From the NCBI RefSeq assembly GCF_054482595.1, contig NZ_CM137008.1: DNA of 64,000 nucleotides. One strand, written 5' to 3'. Under the pieces are notes generated by a model. It searched no databases. It was not told the DNA's origin and was given only the letters and a program-made list of their open reading frames with translations. Position 1 is the first letter of the stretch; every line of letters starts with the position of its first letter. Positions 20,350 through 32,400 of the stretch are shown one piece after another. The translations under genes were made by a program, and so were the position numbers.

Positions 20350-21708
20350 TTATGGTGACTCACAAAAATTCACCACATCCCTCACAACCACCTTATTACG
20401 CCCGGTCTCTTTCGCCTCGTATAGTGCGTTATCAGCCAGTCGATAGATCTCATTCGGGTTTAACGCATTTCCCTGAGTCACAACAGCGCCAATACTAATC
20501 GTCACTTTTTGTGGTATGGCGTATTCAGGATTATCACCAGTTAAACGCTCAACATTTTCCCGAATCCTTTCCGCTAAAGCTTTCGCACGTTCAGTATCGA
20601 TGTCCGTCAGCAAGACGCCAAACTCTTCGCCGCCGACGCGCGCAAAAAGGTCATCTGGCCGTATGCTTTTCCCAATGATATTCACCACTGTTTTTATCAC
20701 CTGATCGCCAATCGGATGCCCCCAGGTGTGGTTGACTTTTTTGAAGTGGTCGATATCCATAAGCATGACGCAATAAGGCGTTTTTTTGGCCGATGCTGAT
20801 TGAACCGTCAGTTCATTAAAAAAATAATTTCTGTTAAATATATTGGTTAAGGGATCGCGATGTGCAATGTCCTTTGTTACTCGTAGCGCACTGAATATAT
20901 GGCACATAAATATTACCATAACGGTTAACTTACTGACTACTTCAATAGTGCGACTAATATACCAAATGGACACGCTATACCTGCTCATAAATAAAAGAGA
21001 GACATTGTACAGTACGGCACAAAAAGCAATCACCGTCACTCCATTCCAGATATCATAGCGTAAACCATTAAAGTATAGATTAACCGAAAGCAAGGTTAAC
21101 CACATGAAAATCATTATGGTAACATATGAAGCTTTCCAAACCACTTGACCATTTTCATTGGTTAACTCGGCAATGTGTAAATCGTAGCTCTCATAATGGC
21201 TAGAAAGTATGTGAGCAACTATCGGCCCCCCAAGAACAAAAAACAAACTTATGCACAAAGTCATTTTTTTGGAAAATAAATTGCGCTGTTTTGTGTTTTC
21301 ACTAACTTTATTCACCAATGCCAGAAATATTAATATGCACAAACTCATCTGACGGAACAAATAATAAATTGCAATGTCATTTTGAACAACACTGCTTGTC
21401 AAACGCCCCTCAATCATTTGCTGAATGATAATGACGGTTTTAACAAAGTAAATCAAACAACTCAGAAAAGCCAAACTAAGTATACAGTTTGAAAATTGCC
21501 TACGGTCATAAATGAAATACAACTGCATAAAAATAAATGCAACAGTATCGATAAAAAATAAAGCAATCATTACCATCAGATAGGTTGATCGTGGAACAAC
21601 TTCCTCAACGCCTGGCTGATTAAACCAACTATTCACCAAAACCAAAGCAAGCCCAAACAATAAGCTCACTAAGACAGTACTACTAATTCTCAAATAGTCT
21701 TTTTCCAT
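20350..21708 (-). CDS. dgcT: membrane diguanylate cyclase DgcT (GGDEF)
   Basis: Translation from MEKDYLRISSTVLVSLLFG matches recalled K-12 YcdT; GGDEF motif present as RVGGEEFGV; divergent from pgaA as in K-12. Confidence 0.85.
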   Translation of the reverse strand: MEKDYLRISSTVLVSLLFGLALVLVNSWFNQPGVEEVVPRSTYLMVMIALFFIDTVAFIFMQLYFIYDRRQFSNCILSLAFLSCLIYFVKTVIIIQQMIEGRLTSSVVQNDIAIYYLFRQMSLCILIFLALVNKVSENTKQRNLFSKKMTLCISLFFVLGGPIVAHILSSHYESYDLHIAELTNENGQVVWKASYVTIMIFMWLTLLSVNLYFNGLRYDIWNGVTVIAFCAVLYNVSLLFMSRYSVSIWYISRTIEVVSKLTVMVIFMCHIFSALRVTKDIAHRDPLTNIFNRNYFFNELTVQSASAKKTPYCVMLMDIDHFKKVNHTWGHPIGDQVIKTVVNIIGKSIRPDDLFARVGGEEFGVLLTDIDTERAKALAERIRENVERLTGDNPEYAIPQKVTISIGAVVTQGNALNPNEIYRLADNALYEAKETGRNKVVVRDVVNFCESP

Positions 21709-21831
21709 AAAGCTACACCAACCTGTAGGTTGTAGATCCCTTTCTATTATTAATAGATATAAGAACTGTACAGTTGTCAATATGAAAACCCACTCACAAA
21801 CAATACCGATGATGATAGTTGCAGACCGCAA

Positions 21832-22296
21832 TTATTATTACCTTAGTGCTTTATACATTCTTTGCGACAAGACAGGCTTGCAAATATTTATAAATGGTTA
21901 TAAGGAAATCCTTATAAAACATTCATTCATAGATATATTAGGAATAACAATTGAATCCGTGAGTACAGTAACGCTGCATTTCATCAGGGCTTTCGAAAAA
22001 TCCGAAATCATGCATCGGAATTTACTGATTTAATTATTTTACTCCTAACTTATTTTGAAAAAGGCATTGGGATTTATGCCGTATTCCTGAAGATCCTCAT
22101 CATTGGAATGGATTTTCGGGCGAGAAAAGGATTTTATATGGACACTCTGCTCATCATTTCTTCTTCTCATCATCAACAATTCACGTCTCTCTTCCGCGTT
22201 TAATAACGGATTATGAGGTGCAAAAAATATCTTTCTTTTCAGTTACCTGTCATTAGATACAGAGAGAGATTTTGGCAATACATGGAGTAATACAGG
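21832..22296 (+). promoter_or_regulatory. pgaA promoter and long 5' leader (CsrA-repressed leader, GGA motifs)
   Basis: 465-bp divergent intergenic region; GGA motifs including one overlapping SD (ACAGGATG); pgaA leader is a known CsrA target. Confidence 0.5.
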
Positions 22297-24720
22297 ATGT
22301 ATTCAAGTAGCAGAAAAAGGTGCCCGCAAACCAAATGGGCTTTGAAAATTCTTACTGCCGCATTTTTAGCAGCGAGTCCCGCGGCGAAGAGTGCCGTTAA
22401 TAACGCCTATGATGCATTGATTATTGAAGCTCGCAAGGGAAATACTCAGCCAGCTTTGTTATGGTTTGCACAAAAATCAGCACTCAGTAATAACCAAATT
22501 GCTGACTGGTTACAGATTGCCTTATGGGCCGGGCAAGATAAACAAGTTATTACCGTTTACAACAGCTACCGTCATCAGCAATTACCAGCGCGTGGTTATG
22601 CAGCTGTCGCCGTCGCTTATCGTAACCTGCAACAATGGCAAAACTCGCTTACACTGTGGCAAAAGGCGCTCTCTCTGGAGCCGCAAAATAAGGATTATCA
22701 ACGGGGACAAATTTTAACCCTGGCAGATGCGGGTCACTATGATACTGCGCTGGTTAAACTTAAGCAGCTTAACTCTGGAGCACCGGACAAAGCCAATTTA
22801 CTCGCAGAAGCCTATATCTATAAACTGGCAGGGCGTCATCAGGATGAATTACGGGCGATGACAGAGTCATTACCTGAAAATGCATCTACGCAACAATATC
22901 CCACAGAATACGTGCAGGCATTACGTAATAATCAACTTGCTGCCGCGATTGACGATGCCAATTTAACGCCAGATATTCGCGCTGATATTCATGCCGAACT
23001 GGTCAGACTGTCGTTTATGCCTACGCGCAGTGAAAGTGAACGTTATGCCATTGCCGATCGCGCCCTCGCCCAATACGCTGCATTAGAAATTCTGTGGCAT
23101 GATAACCCTGACCGCACTGCCCAGTACCAGCGTATTCAGGTTGATCATCTTGGCGCGTTATTAACTCGCGATCGTTATAAAGACGTTATTTCTCACTATC
23201 AGCGTTTAAAAAAGACGGGGCAAATTATTCCGCCCTGGGCGCAATATTGGGTTGCGTCGGCTTATCTCAAAGAACATCAGCCAAAAAAAGCACAGTCAAT
23301 AATGACAGAGCTCTTTTATCACAAGGAGACCATTGCCCCGGATTTATCCGATGAAGAACTTGCGGATCTCTTTTACAGCCACCTGGAGAGTGAAAATTAT
23401 CCGGGCGCGCTAACTGTCACCCAACATACCATTAATACTTCGCCGCCTTTCCTTCGGTTAATGGGCACGCCTACGAGCATCCCGAATGATACCTGGTTAC
23501 AGGGGCATTCGTTTCTCTCAACCGTAGCAAAATATAGTAATGATCTTCCTCAGGCTGAAATGACAGCCAGAGAGCTTGCTTATAACGCACCAGGAAATCA
23601 GGGACTGCGCATTGATTATGCGAGTGTGTTACAAGCCCGCGGTTGGCCTCGTGCAGCAGAAAATGAATTAAAAAAAGCAGAAGTGATCGAGCCACGTAAT
23701 ATTAATCTGGAGGTTGAACAAGCCTGGACAGCATTAACGTTACAAGAATGGCAGCAGGCAGCGGTCTTAACGCACGATGTTGTCGAACGTGAACCGCAAG
23801 ATCCCGGCGTTGTACGATTAAAACGTGCGGTTGATGTACATAATCTTGCAGAGCTTCGTATCGCTGGCTCAACAGGAATTGATGCCGAAGGTCCGGATAG
23901 TGGCAAACATGATGTCGACTTAACCACCATCGTTTATTCACCACCGCTGAAGGATAACTGGCGCGGTTTTGCTGGATTCGGTTATGCCGATGGACAATTT
24001 AGCGAAGGAAAAGGGATTGTTCGCGACTGGCTTGCGGGTGTTGAGTGGCGGTCACGTAATATCTGGCTCGAGGCGGAGTACGCTGAACGCTTTTTCAATC
24101 ATGAGCATAAACCCGGCGCGCGCCTGTCTGGCTGGTATGATTTTAATGATAACTGGCGTATTGGTTCGCAACTGGAACGCCTCTCTCACCGCGTTCCATT
24201 ACGGGCAATGAAAAATGGTGTTACAGGCAACAGTGCACAGGCTTATGTTCGTTGGTATCAGAATGAGCGGCGTAAGTACGGTGTCTCCTGGGCTTTCACT
24301 GATTTTTCCGACAGTAACCAGCGTCATGAAGTCTCACTTGAGGGTCAGGAACGCATCTGGTCTTCACCATATTTGATTGTCGATTTCCTACCCAGTCTGT
24401 ATTACGAACAAAATACAGAACACGATACCCCATACTACAACCCTATAAAAACGTTCGATATTGTTCCGGCATTTGAGGCAAGCCATTTGTTATGGCGTAG
24501 CTATGAAAATAGCTGGGAGCAAATATTCAGCGCAGGTGTTGGTGCCTCCTGGCAAAAACATTATGGCACGGATGTCGTCACCCAACTCGGCTACGGGCAA
24601 CGCATTAGCTGGAATGACGTGATTGATGCTGGCGCAACGCTACGCTGGGAAAAACGACCTTATGACGGTGACAGAGAACACAACTTATACGTTGAATTCG
24701 ATATGACATTCAGATTTTAA
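22297..24720 (+). CDS. pgaA: poly-beta-1,6-N-acetylglucosamine export porin PgaA
   Basis: 807-aa ORF, near-identical by eye to recalled K-12 PgaA (TPR region + beta-barrel). Confidence 0.95.
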   Translation: MYSSSRKRCPQTKWALKILTAAFLAASPAAKSAVNNAYDALIIEARKGNTQPALLWFAQKSALSNNQIADWLQIALWAGQDKQVITVYNSYRHQQLPARGYAAVAVAYRNLQQWQNSLTLWQKALSLEPQNKDYQRGQILTLADAGHYDTALVKLKQLNSGAPDKANLLAEAYIYKLAGRHQDELRAMTESLPENASTQQYPTEYVQALRNNQLAAAIDDANLTPDIRADIHAELVRLSFMPTRSESERYAIADRALAQYAALEILWHDNPDRTAQYQRIQVDHLGALLTRDRYKDVISHYQRLKKTGQIIPPWAQYWVASAYLKEHQPKKAQSIMTELFYHKETIAPDLSDEELADLFYSHLESENYPGALTVTQHTINTSPPFLRLMGTPTSIPNDTWLQGHSFLSTVAKYSNDLPQAEMTARELAYNAPGNQGLRIDYASVLQARGWPRAAENELKKAEVIEPRNINLEVEQAWTALTLQEWQQAAVLTHDVVEREPQDPGVVRLKRAVDVHNLAELRIAGSTGIDAEGPDSGKHDVDLTTIVYSPPLKDNWRGFAGFGYADGQFSEGKGIVRDWLAGVEWRSRNIWLEAEYAERFFNHEHKPGARLSGWYDFNDNWRIGSQLERLSHRVPLRAMKNGVTGNSAQAYVRWYQNERRKYGVSWAFTDFSDSNQRHEVSLEGQERIWSSPYLIVDFLPSLYYEQNTEHDTPYYNPIKTFDIVPAFEASHLLWRSYENSWEQIFSAGVGASWQKHYGTDVVTQLGYGQRISWNDVIDAGATLRWEKRPYDGDREHNLYVEFDMTFRF

Positions 24721-24728
24721 GGATAAAT

Positions 24729-26747
24729 ATGTTACGTAATGGAAATAAATATCTCCTGATGCTGGTGAGTATAATTATGCTCACCGCGTGCATTAGCCAG
24801 TCAAGAACATCATTTATACCGCCACAGGATCGCGAATCTTTACTCGCCGAGCAACCGTGGCCGCATAATGGTTTTGTAGCGATTTCATGGCATAACGTTG
24901 AAGACGAAGCTGCCGACCAGCGTTTTATGTCAGTGCGGACATCAGCACTGCGTGAACAATTTGCCTGGCTGCGCGAGAACGGTTATCAACCGGTCAGTAT
25001 TGCTCAAATTCGTGAAGCACATCGAGGAGGAAAACCGCTACCGGAAAAAGCTGTAGTGCTGACTTTTGATGACGGCTACCAGAGTTTTTATACCCGCGTC
25101 TTCCCAATTCTTCTGGCCTTCCAGTGGCCTGCTGTATGGGCCCCCGTCGGCAGTTGGGTCGATACGCCAGCGGATAAACAAGTAAAATTTGGCGATGAGA
25201 TGGTCGATCGAGAATATTTTGCCACGTGGCAACAAGTGCGAGAAGTTGCGCGTTCCCCGCTCATTGAGGTCGCTTCTCATACATGGAATTCTCACTACGG
25301 TATTCAGGCTAATGCCACCGGCAGCTTATTGCCTGTATATGTAAATCGTGCATATTTTACTGACCACGCACGGTATGAAACCGCAGCAGAATACCGGGAA
25401 AGAATTCGTCTGGATGCTGTAAAAATGACGGAATACCTGCGTACAAAGGCTAAGGTAAATCCACACGTTTTTGTTTGGCCTTATGGCGAAGCGAATGGCA
25501 TAGCGATAGAGGAATTAAAAAAACTCGGTTATGACATGTTCTTCACCCTTGAATCAGGTTTGGCAAATGCGTCGCAATTGGATTCCATTCCGCGAGTATT
25601 AATCGCCAATAATCCCTCATTAAAAGAGTTTGCCCAGAAAATTATTACCGTACAGGAAAAATCACCACAACGGATAATGCATATCGATCTTGATTACGTT
25701 TATGACGAAAACCGCCAGCAAATGGATCGCAATATTGATGTGCTAATTCAGCGGGTGAAAGATATGCAAATATCAACCGTGTATTTGCAGGCATTTGCTG
25801 ATCCCGATGGTGATGGGCTGGTCAAAGAGGTCTGGTTTCCAAATCGTTTGCTACCAATGAAAGCAGATATTTTTAGTCGGGTTGCCTGGCAATTACGTAC
25901 CCGCTCAGGTGTAAACATCTATGCGTGGATGCCGGTATTAAGCTGGGATTTAGATCCCACATTAACGCGAGTAAAATACTTACCAACTGGGGAGAAAAAA
26001 GCACAAATTCATCCTGAACAATATCGCCGTCTCTCGCCTTTTGATGACAGGGTCAGAGCACAAGTTGGCATGTTATATGAAGATCTTGCCGGACATGCTG
26101 CTTTTGATGGCCTATTGTTCCACGATGATGCTTTGCTTTCAGATTATGAAGATGCCAGTGCACCGGCTATCGCGGCTTATCAGCAAGCAGGCTTTAGCGG
26201 GAGTCTGAGCGAAATTCGACAAAACCCGGAGCAATTTAAACAGTGGACCCGCTTTAAAAGTCGTGCGTTAACTGACTTCACTTTAGAACTTAGTGCGCGC
26301 GTAAAAGCCATTCGTGGTCCACATGTTAAAACTGCACGAAATATTTTTGCACTTCCGGTAACACAACCTGAAAGTGAAGCCTGGTTTGCACAGAATTATG
26401 CTGATTTCCTAAAAAGCTATGACTGGACCGCTATTATGGCTATGCCTTATATGGAAGGTGTCGCAGAAAAATCGGCTGATCAATGGTTAATACAACTGAC
26501 CAATCAGATTAAAAGCATCCCTCAGGCTAAAGACAAATCTATTTTAGAATTACAGGCACAAAACTGGCAGAAAAATGGTCAGCATCAGGCTATTTCTTCG
26601 CAACAACTCGCTCACTGGATGAGCCTATTACAACTGAATGGAGTGAAAAACTATGGTTATTATCCCGACAATTTTCTGCATAACCAACCTGAAATAGACG
26701 TTATTCGTCCTGAGTTTTCAACAGCCTGGTATCCGAAAAATGATTAA
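24729..26747 (+). CDS. pgaB: PGA N-deacetylase lipoprotein PgaB
   Basis: 672-aa ORF with lipoprotein signal (LTACIS); operon position. Confidence 0.95.
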   Translation: MLRNGNKYLLMLVSIIMLTACISQSRTSFIPPQDRESLLAEQPWPHNGFVAISWHNVEDEAADQRFMSVRTSALREQFAWLRENGYQPVSIAQIREAHRGGKPLPEKAVVLTFDDGYQSFYTRVFPILLAFQWPAVWAPVGSWVDTPADKQVKFGDEMVDREYFATWQQVREVARSPLIEVASHTWNSHYGIQANATGSLLPVYVNRAYFTDHARYETAAEYRERIRLDAVKMTEYLRTKAKVNPHVFVWPYGEANGIAIEELKKLGYDMFFTLESGLANASQLDSIPRVLIANNPSLKEFAQKIITVQEKSPQRIMHIDLDYVYDENRQQMDRNIDVLIQRVKDMQISTVYLQAFADPDGDGLVKEVWFPNRLLPMKADIFSRVAWQLRTRSGVNIYAWMPVLSWDLDPTLTRVKYLPTGEKKAQIHPEQYRRLSPFDDRVRAQVGMLYEDLAGHAAFDGLLFHDDALLSDYEDASAPAIAAYQQAGFSGSLSEIRQNPEQFKQWTRFKSRALTDFTLELSARVKAIRGPHVKTARNIFALPVTQPESEAWFAQNYADFLKSYDWTAIMAMPYMEGVAEKSADQWLIQLTNQIKSIPQAKDKSILELQAQNWQKNGQHQAISSQQLAHWMSLLQLNGVKNYGYYPDNFLHNQPEIDVIRPEFSTAWYPKND

Positions 26748-28065
26748 TCGCATCGTATCGTTTTTTATATTATGTCTGGTGTTATGCATACCCCTATGCG
26801 TAGCGTACTTTCACTCTGGTGAACTGATGATGAGGTTCGTTTTCTTCTGGCCGTTTTTTATGTCCATTATGTGGATTGTTGGCGGCGTCTATTTCTGGGT
26901 CTATCGTGAACGCCACTGGCCGTGGGGAGAAAACGCACCAGCTCCCCAGTTGAAAGATAATCCGTCTATCTCCATTATCATTCCCTGTTTTAATGAGGAG
27001 AAAAACGTTGAGGAAACCATACACGCCGCTTTAGCACAGCGTTATGAGAACATTGAAGTTATTGCCGTAAATGACGGTTCAACAGATAAAACCCGTGCCA
27101 TCCTGGATCGCATGGCTGCACAAATTCCCCATTTGCGGGTCATTCATCTGGCGCAAAACCAGGGGAAAGCCATTGCGCTTAAAACCGGAGCTGCCGCGGC
27201 GAAAAGTGAATATCTGGTGTGCATTGATGGCGACGCGTTATTAGACCGCGATGCGGTGGCATATATTGTGGAACCGATGTTGTACAACCCGCGTGTGGGT
27301 GCCGTAACCGGTAATCCTCGTATTCGCACACGTTCTACCCTGGTGGGTAAAATTCAGGTTGGCGAGTATTCCTCAATTATTGGTTTGATCAAGCGAACCC
27401 AGCGTATCTATGGAAACGTATTTACCGTTTCCGGTGTTATTGCCGCATTTCGTCGCAGCGCCCTGGCAGAAGTGGGTTACTGGAGTGACGATATGATCAC
27501 CGAAGATATTGATATTAGCTGGAAGCTGCAGTTGAATCAGTGGACGATTTTTTACGAGCCTCGGGCGCTGTGCTGGATATTAATGCCTGAAACGTTAAAA
27601 GGGCTGTGGAAACAGCGCCTGCGCTGGGCTCAGGGCGGTGCAGAAGTATTCCTCAAAAATATGACAAGGTTGTGGCGCAAAGAAAACTTTCGAATGTGGC
27701 CACTGTTTTTTGAATACTGCTTGACGACAATATGGGCCTTCACCTGCCTGGTCGGTTTCATTATTTACGTAGTCCAACTTGCAGGTGTACCGTTAAATAT
27801 TGAATTGACACATATCGCTGCGACACATACTGCCGGAATATTATTGTGTACGTTATGTTTACTGCAATTTATTGTCAGCCTGATGATCGAGAATCGCTAT
27901 GAGCATAATCTGACTTCATCGCTTTTCTGGATTATTTGGTTCCCGGTTATTTTCTGGATGCTGAGCCTGGCAACGACATTGGTATCATTTACACGAGTCA
28001 TGTTGATGCCTAAAAAGCAACGCGCCCGTTGGGTAAGTCCCGATCGCGGGATTCTGAGAGGTTAA
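26740..28065 (+). CDS. pgaC: PGA synthase glycosyltransferase PgaC
   Basis: 441-aa membrane GT2 protein with QRLRW motif; overlaps pgaB stop. Confidence 0.95.
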
Positions 28066-28066
28066 T

Positions 28067-28480
28067 ATGAACAATTTAATTATTACGACCCGACAATCGC
28101 CAGTACGTTTACTGGTTGATTATGTTGCCACAACCATCTTGTGGACATTATTTGCTTTGTTCATATTCTTATTCGCCATGGATCTGCTGACGGGTTATTA
28201 CTGGCAAAGCGAGGCCAGAAGTCGACTTCAGTTCTATTTTTTGCTGGCAGTGGCGAATGCCGTCGTGTTAATTGTCTGGGCGCTGTACAATAAGCTGCGT
28301 TTTCAAAAACAGCAGCATCATGCAGCCTACCAATATACGCCGCAAGAATATGCAGAGAGCTTAGCAATACCTGATGAGCTCTATCAGCAACTACAAAAAA
28401 GCCACAGGATGAGCGTACACTTCACCAGCCAGGGGCAAATAAAAATGGTGGTTTCAGAAAAAGCGCTAGTCCGGGCATAA
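28067..28480 (+). CDS. pgaD: PGA synthase subunit PgaD
   Basis: 137-aa two-TM protein directly after pgaC. Confidence 0.9.
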
Positions 28481-28512
28481 ACACCCAAAACAAAGCCCGG
28501 TTCGCCCGGGCT
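28481..28512 (-). terminator. intrinsic terminator of phoH (hairpin + T-tract on minus strand)
   Basis: Stem AGCCCGG/CCGGGCT with 5-nt loop; on minus strand followed by TTTGTTTTGGG. Confidence 0.55.
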
Positions 28513-28529
28513 CTGCACCGATAATACAC

Positions 28530-29594
28530 TTAACTGTATGCATGCAGCGTACGTTGGCAAAGTGCCGAACGTACGCAATCCTCTTTACCGAACCGGACGA
28601 TCCCGACCATTTCATCTTCTTCGAAACGTTCCAGCGCGTCACTTAATCCGGAGCACACGCCGCGAGGCAAATCGCATTGCGTGATATCACCGTTGACGAT
28701 AACCGTCACGTTCTCCCCGAGGCGGGTTAAAAACATTTTCATTTGCGCGGCAGTCACATTCTGCGCCTCGTCAAGAATGACGACTGCATTTTCAAAGGTA
28801 CGTCCACGCATATAGGCGAACGGCGCAATTTCCACCTTCCCTATTTCCGGTCGCAGGCAGTACTGCATAAAGGAAGCCCCTAAGCGCCGGACCAGCACGT
28901 CGTAGACCGGGCGAAAATAGGGAGCAAACTTTTCTGCGATATCTCCAGGTAAGAAGCCAAGATCTTCATCGGCTTGCAGAACTGGACGGGTGACGATAAT
29001 CCTGTCGACATCCTTATGTATCAGGGCCTCTGCCGCTTTTGCTGCGCTGATCCAGGTTTTTCCGCACCCGGCTTCGCCCGTGGCGAATATCAGCTGCTTA
29101 CTCTCAATAGCCTTCAGATAGTGCAATTGCGCTTCATTTCGCGCGAGGATGGGCGAGGTATCGCGACTGTCGCGGGCCATACCAATGGCTTCTACGCCGC
29201 TCATCTGCACAAGCGAGGTGACCGATTCTTCTTCACGCTGCTTATGGCTGCGCGAATCCCGTCTCAGCACACGTTTTGCCTCGCGACGAGCTTTGATCAC
29301 TGCTTTTTGTCTTCCCATGGAGAGCACCTTGAGTTGTTTGTATTCATCACACGCGCCGTTGGCAGCGCGATTATGCGCACGAACATCAGAGGGTTGGCTT
29401 CCTTGTAAGCCATAGTTTGCTTTTGGATAAAATGCCGAAAAACGGCTACGCGCACCGTTTACGGCGTCGGTAACACATGAAAAGAAAGGATGAGGTTGAA
29501 AATGCAAAGTGACGAGATGACTACCGGAGGAGAAAACTCCGCGAGTGGTGGCGCGTTGATTATCTAAAACATGTCCAGTACAGGACGTTACCAT
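28530..29594 (-). CDS. phoH: PhoH ATP-binding protein
   Basis: 354-aa ORF with Walker A GEAGCGKT; matches recalled K-12 PhoH. Confidence 0.9.
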   Translation of the reverse strand: MVTSCTGHVLDNQRATTRGVFSSGSHLVTLHFQPHPFFSCVTDAVNGARSRFSAFYPKANYGLQGSQPSDVRAHNRAANGACDEYKQLKVLSMGRQKAVIKARREAKRVLRRDSRSHKQREEESVTSLVQMSGVEAIGMARDSRDTSPILARNEAQLHYLKAIESKQLIFATGEAGCGKTWISAAKAAEALIHKDVDRIIVTRPVLQADEDLGFLPGDIAEKFAPYFRPVYDVLVRRLGASFMQYCLRPEIGKVEIAPFAYMRGRTFENAVVILDEAQNVTAAQMKMFLTRLGENVTVIVNGDITQCDLPRGVCSGLSDALERFEEDEMVGIVRFGKEDCVRSALCQRTLHAYS

Positions 29595-29818
29595 CCGCGA
29601 TCTCCATAGTGACTGACTATCACTGCCGGGAACTTCCGCTGCTACTTAATAAGTACAACAGATCTCGCATTCATTGCAACAATATATTCACTTATATTTA
29701 ACTATAAAACACCATTTTAGTGACATTAGTTTCTACTGGAAAGATGACAGAGTGATGACAGTGATGAAAAAAGCTGTGTGCTTTCAGCAGGATTCACATC
29801 AGGCATCAGTGCACGATC

Positions 29819-29930
29819 GCCGGATGCGGCGTGAACGCCTGATCCAGCCTACCAAACCCGCACCGATTGTGGGCATGATAAGCATCGCAAGCGCCGCATC
29901 AGGCATCTGCGCACAAATGCCTTATCCGCC
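29819..29930. repeat. REP (repetitive extragenic palindromic) elements
   Basis: GCCGGATGCGGCGTGAACGCCTGATCC and GCGCCGCATCAGGCATCTGCGCACAAATGCCTTATCCGCC typical REP cores between phoH and efeB. Confidence 0.6.
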
Positions 29931-29938
29931 TAAAAACA

Positions 29939-31210
29939 TTAAACCCGCAATAATGCGCTTCCGAGATAATCGTTCGCGTCCTTCACTCCCGGCAGCGCAA
30001 AAAAATAACCGCCGCCGATAGGTTTAACGTATTCCTCCAGCGCTTCGCCATTGAGCCTTTTTTGTACTGTCAGGAAGCCTTTTACCAGATCGTGCTGGTA
30101 GCAGACAAACAGCAACCCCATATCCAGTTGTCCGGAGTTGGTGACGCCCAGTGAATAACTGTAGCCACGACGCAGCATCAGGCTGGACTCACTCTCCGCC
30201 GTGCGGGGATTCGCCAGCCGGATATGGCTGTCCAGCGCGATCACCTTCCCTTCCGGGTCGCTGGCGTAATCAGGCACATCATGCTCATGCTGCATTCCCA
30301 GCGGCGCACCGGTTTGCTTATCACGGCCAAAAATCGTCTGCTGTTCTTTCAGCGGCGTTCTGTCCCAAAATTCCACTCGAAACTGAATCAAGCGTACTGC
30401 CTGATAGCTGCCACCGATTGTCCACGCAGGCTCCTGCTGATCTGCCGTTACCCACACCACTTTTTGCATCAACTTATCATTCTGGCTATCGGGATTGGCA
30501 GTGCCGTCTTTGAAACCCAGCAAATTAATCGGCGTCTCTTTGCCTTTACTACGCGCCGCGTGATCGGAAATAAACCCTTCCCGCTTCCAGCGCACACTGA
30601 GCAAATCCGGCGTGTGTTTGATGATATCGCGCAGTGCATGGATCACCGTGTCCTGGGTGTTGGCGCAAATCTGTAGCAACACATCACCATGACATAACGC
30701 CGCATCCAGCGAGTCGTTGGGGAAACGCGTCATCTTCTGCAGCTTTTTTGGCATCTGTGGCGCAAGGCCAAAGCGCTCATCAAACAATGAGTGACCCACC
30801 GATAACGTGATGGTGAGATTATCGGGCGCAATGTAGCCGCCAAGAATGCCGGAATCGAGTGGTGGCAGGCGCGGATTTGGCGTTTCTGGTGCTGCTCCGC
30901 CCTGAGTCAGAAAAGCAAAACGCTGAGTCAACAAGCGAAACAACCGCTCAAGATCGGCTTTATCGCTGGCAAGCACATCAAACGCCACCAGCATCATTGC
31001 GGCCTGTTGTGGCGTCAGGATCCCTGCCTGATGCTCACCATAAAACGGCTGTTTCTCATTGCGTGCATCCGGTGAAAGCGTGCCCGGTGCACTTTGCGTT
31101 TTTTGTGCATGAGCGACCGGACAACTTCCCGCCAGCGCCAGCGCACCAATTCCTTTCAGTAAACGTCGGCGTGACAGTTCATTCACGCCGTTTTCATCTT
31201 CATACTGCAT
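29939..31210 (-). CDS. efeB: Tat-dependent haem peroxidase EfeB
   Basis: 423-aa ORF with twin-arginine signal [10 protein letters not shown]; matches recalled EfeB. Confidence 0.9.
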   Translation of the reverse strand: MQYEDENGVNELSRRRLLKGIGALALAGSCPVAHAQKTQSAPGTLSPDARNEKQPFYGEHQAGILTPQQAAMMLVAFDVLASDKADLERLFRLLTQRFAFLTQGGAAPETPNPRLPPLDSGILGGYIAPDNLTITLSVGHSLFDERFGLAPQMPKKLQKMTRFPNDSLDAALCHGDVLLQICANTQDTVIHALRDIIKHTPDLLSVRWKREGFISDHAARSKGKETPINLLGFKDGTANPDSQNDKLMQKVVWVTADQQEPAWTIGGSYQAVRLIQFRVEFWDRTPLKEQQTIFGRDKQTGAPLGMQHEHDVPDYASDPEGKVIALDSHIRLANPRTAESESSLMLRRGYSYSLGVTNSGQLDMGLLFVCYQHDLVKGFLTVQKRLNGEALEEYVKPIGGGYFFALPGVKDANDYLGSALLRV

Positions 31211-31215
31211 AACGC

Positions 31216-32343
31216 TTAATCCAGTCCCAGCACACCACGAAGTTGCGCCAGATCTTCCGCCAGCGCAGTAATCGGCCCTTTCAGCGCGTTCCGGTCGGCC
31301 TCGGTCAATTTGTCGTAGGTTTCAAAACCGTCTTTAGTACGGTATTTCGCCAGAATGGTATCGACCTTTTTAAAGTTGGCATCGACTTTTGCCAGCAGTT
31401 CCGGGTTGGCTTTTTGCAGTTGTGGACGCAGCAGATCGACAATTTTCTGCGAGCCTTCAACGTTAGCCTGGAAATCCCACAGATCGGTGTGGCTGTAGCG
31501 ATCTTCTTCACCGCTGATTTTGCTGGCCGCCACTTCCTCAATCAGTCCGGCTGCACCGCCAACCACTTTTGAAGGTGGGAAAGCCAGTTCACTGATGCGT
31601 TTTTGTAAATCGACCACATCGGTATAAAGCTGCTCAGCGTACTGATCCATTCCTTTGGTGGTGTTGTCGCCAAACAATGCTTTTTCCAGACGGTGGAAAC
31701 CGGTGAATTTTGGATCAGCGGCTTTTTGCTCGTAATCATCTTCACGGGCGTCAATGCTGCCATCCAGATCGGAGAACAGTTCAGCAATCGGTTCAATGCG
31801 CTCATAGTGCTGGCGCGTCGGCGCATACAGTGCTTTCGCTTTTTCGATATCGCCTGCTTTAATCGCGTCGGTAAAGGCTTTGGTGTCGGTCACCAGCTGT
31901 GTGGTTTCCGCCATGACATACGCTTTATATGCAGTAATTGCACCACCAAGACTTAACAGCGCATCACTTTGCGCCGCATCCGCCGTTGCCTCACCTTTGA
32001 CAATCAACTTCCCTTTCGGGTTAGTCAGCAGACCGCAGGTCATATCGTATTCGCCAGGCTGTAAATTCGCCGTCATTTTCTGGCTAAAACCAGGGGCGAT
32101 ATTTTCCCGCTCTTCCACCACCATCACGCCTTTGAGGATCTCCCACTCCAGCGCCTTCTGGCTATGGTTCTGAATAATGAACTGTGTTTTCCCGGCGTTA
32201 ACCGTAATGGTCATCGGTTCGCACTGTTTATCCGTCACGGTCACTTTGACTTGCGGAATATCAGCGGCGTTAGCCATAAAAGCAGAAGAGAACAGCGCAG
32301 CCACGCTCAACTGCAATGCGTTACGGCGGAAGTTAATGGTCAT
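31216..32343 (-). CDS. efeO: periplasmic iron-binding protein EfeO
   Basis: Start trimmed to [11 protein letters not shown] (ORF track extends to 32382); 375 aa. Confidence 0.9.
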   Translation of the reverse strand: MTINFRRNALQLSVAALFSSAFMANAADIPQVKVTVTDKQCEPMTITVNAGKTQFIIQNHSQKALEWEILKGVMVVEERENIAPGFSQKMTANLQPGEYDMTCGLLTNPKGKLIVKGEATADAAQSDALLSLGGAITAYKAYVMAETTQLVTDTKAFTDAIKAGDIEKAKALYAPTRQHYERIEPIAELFSDLDGSIDAREDDYEQKAADPKFTGFHRLEKALFGDNTTKGMDQYAEQLYTDVVDLQKRISELAFPPSKVVGGAAGLIEEVAASKISGEEDRYSHTDLWDFQANVEGSQKIVDLLRPQLQKANPELLAKVDANFKKVDTILAKYRTKDGFETYDKLTEADRNALKGPITALAEDLAQLRGVLGLD

Positions 32344-32400
32344 GACGAGACTATCCCTTTTAAGTATGTTGTAACTAAGCAAGAGTTTGCGTCGTATTTG

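Noticed and set aside
29674-30021. 115-aa plus-strand ORF between phoH and efeB
   Set aside because: Spans REP palindromes and the efeB 3' end; Arg/Pro-rich, likely non-coding.
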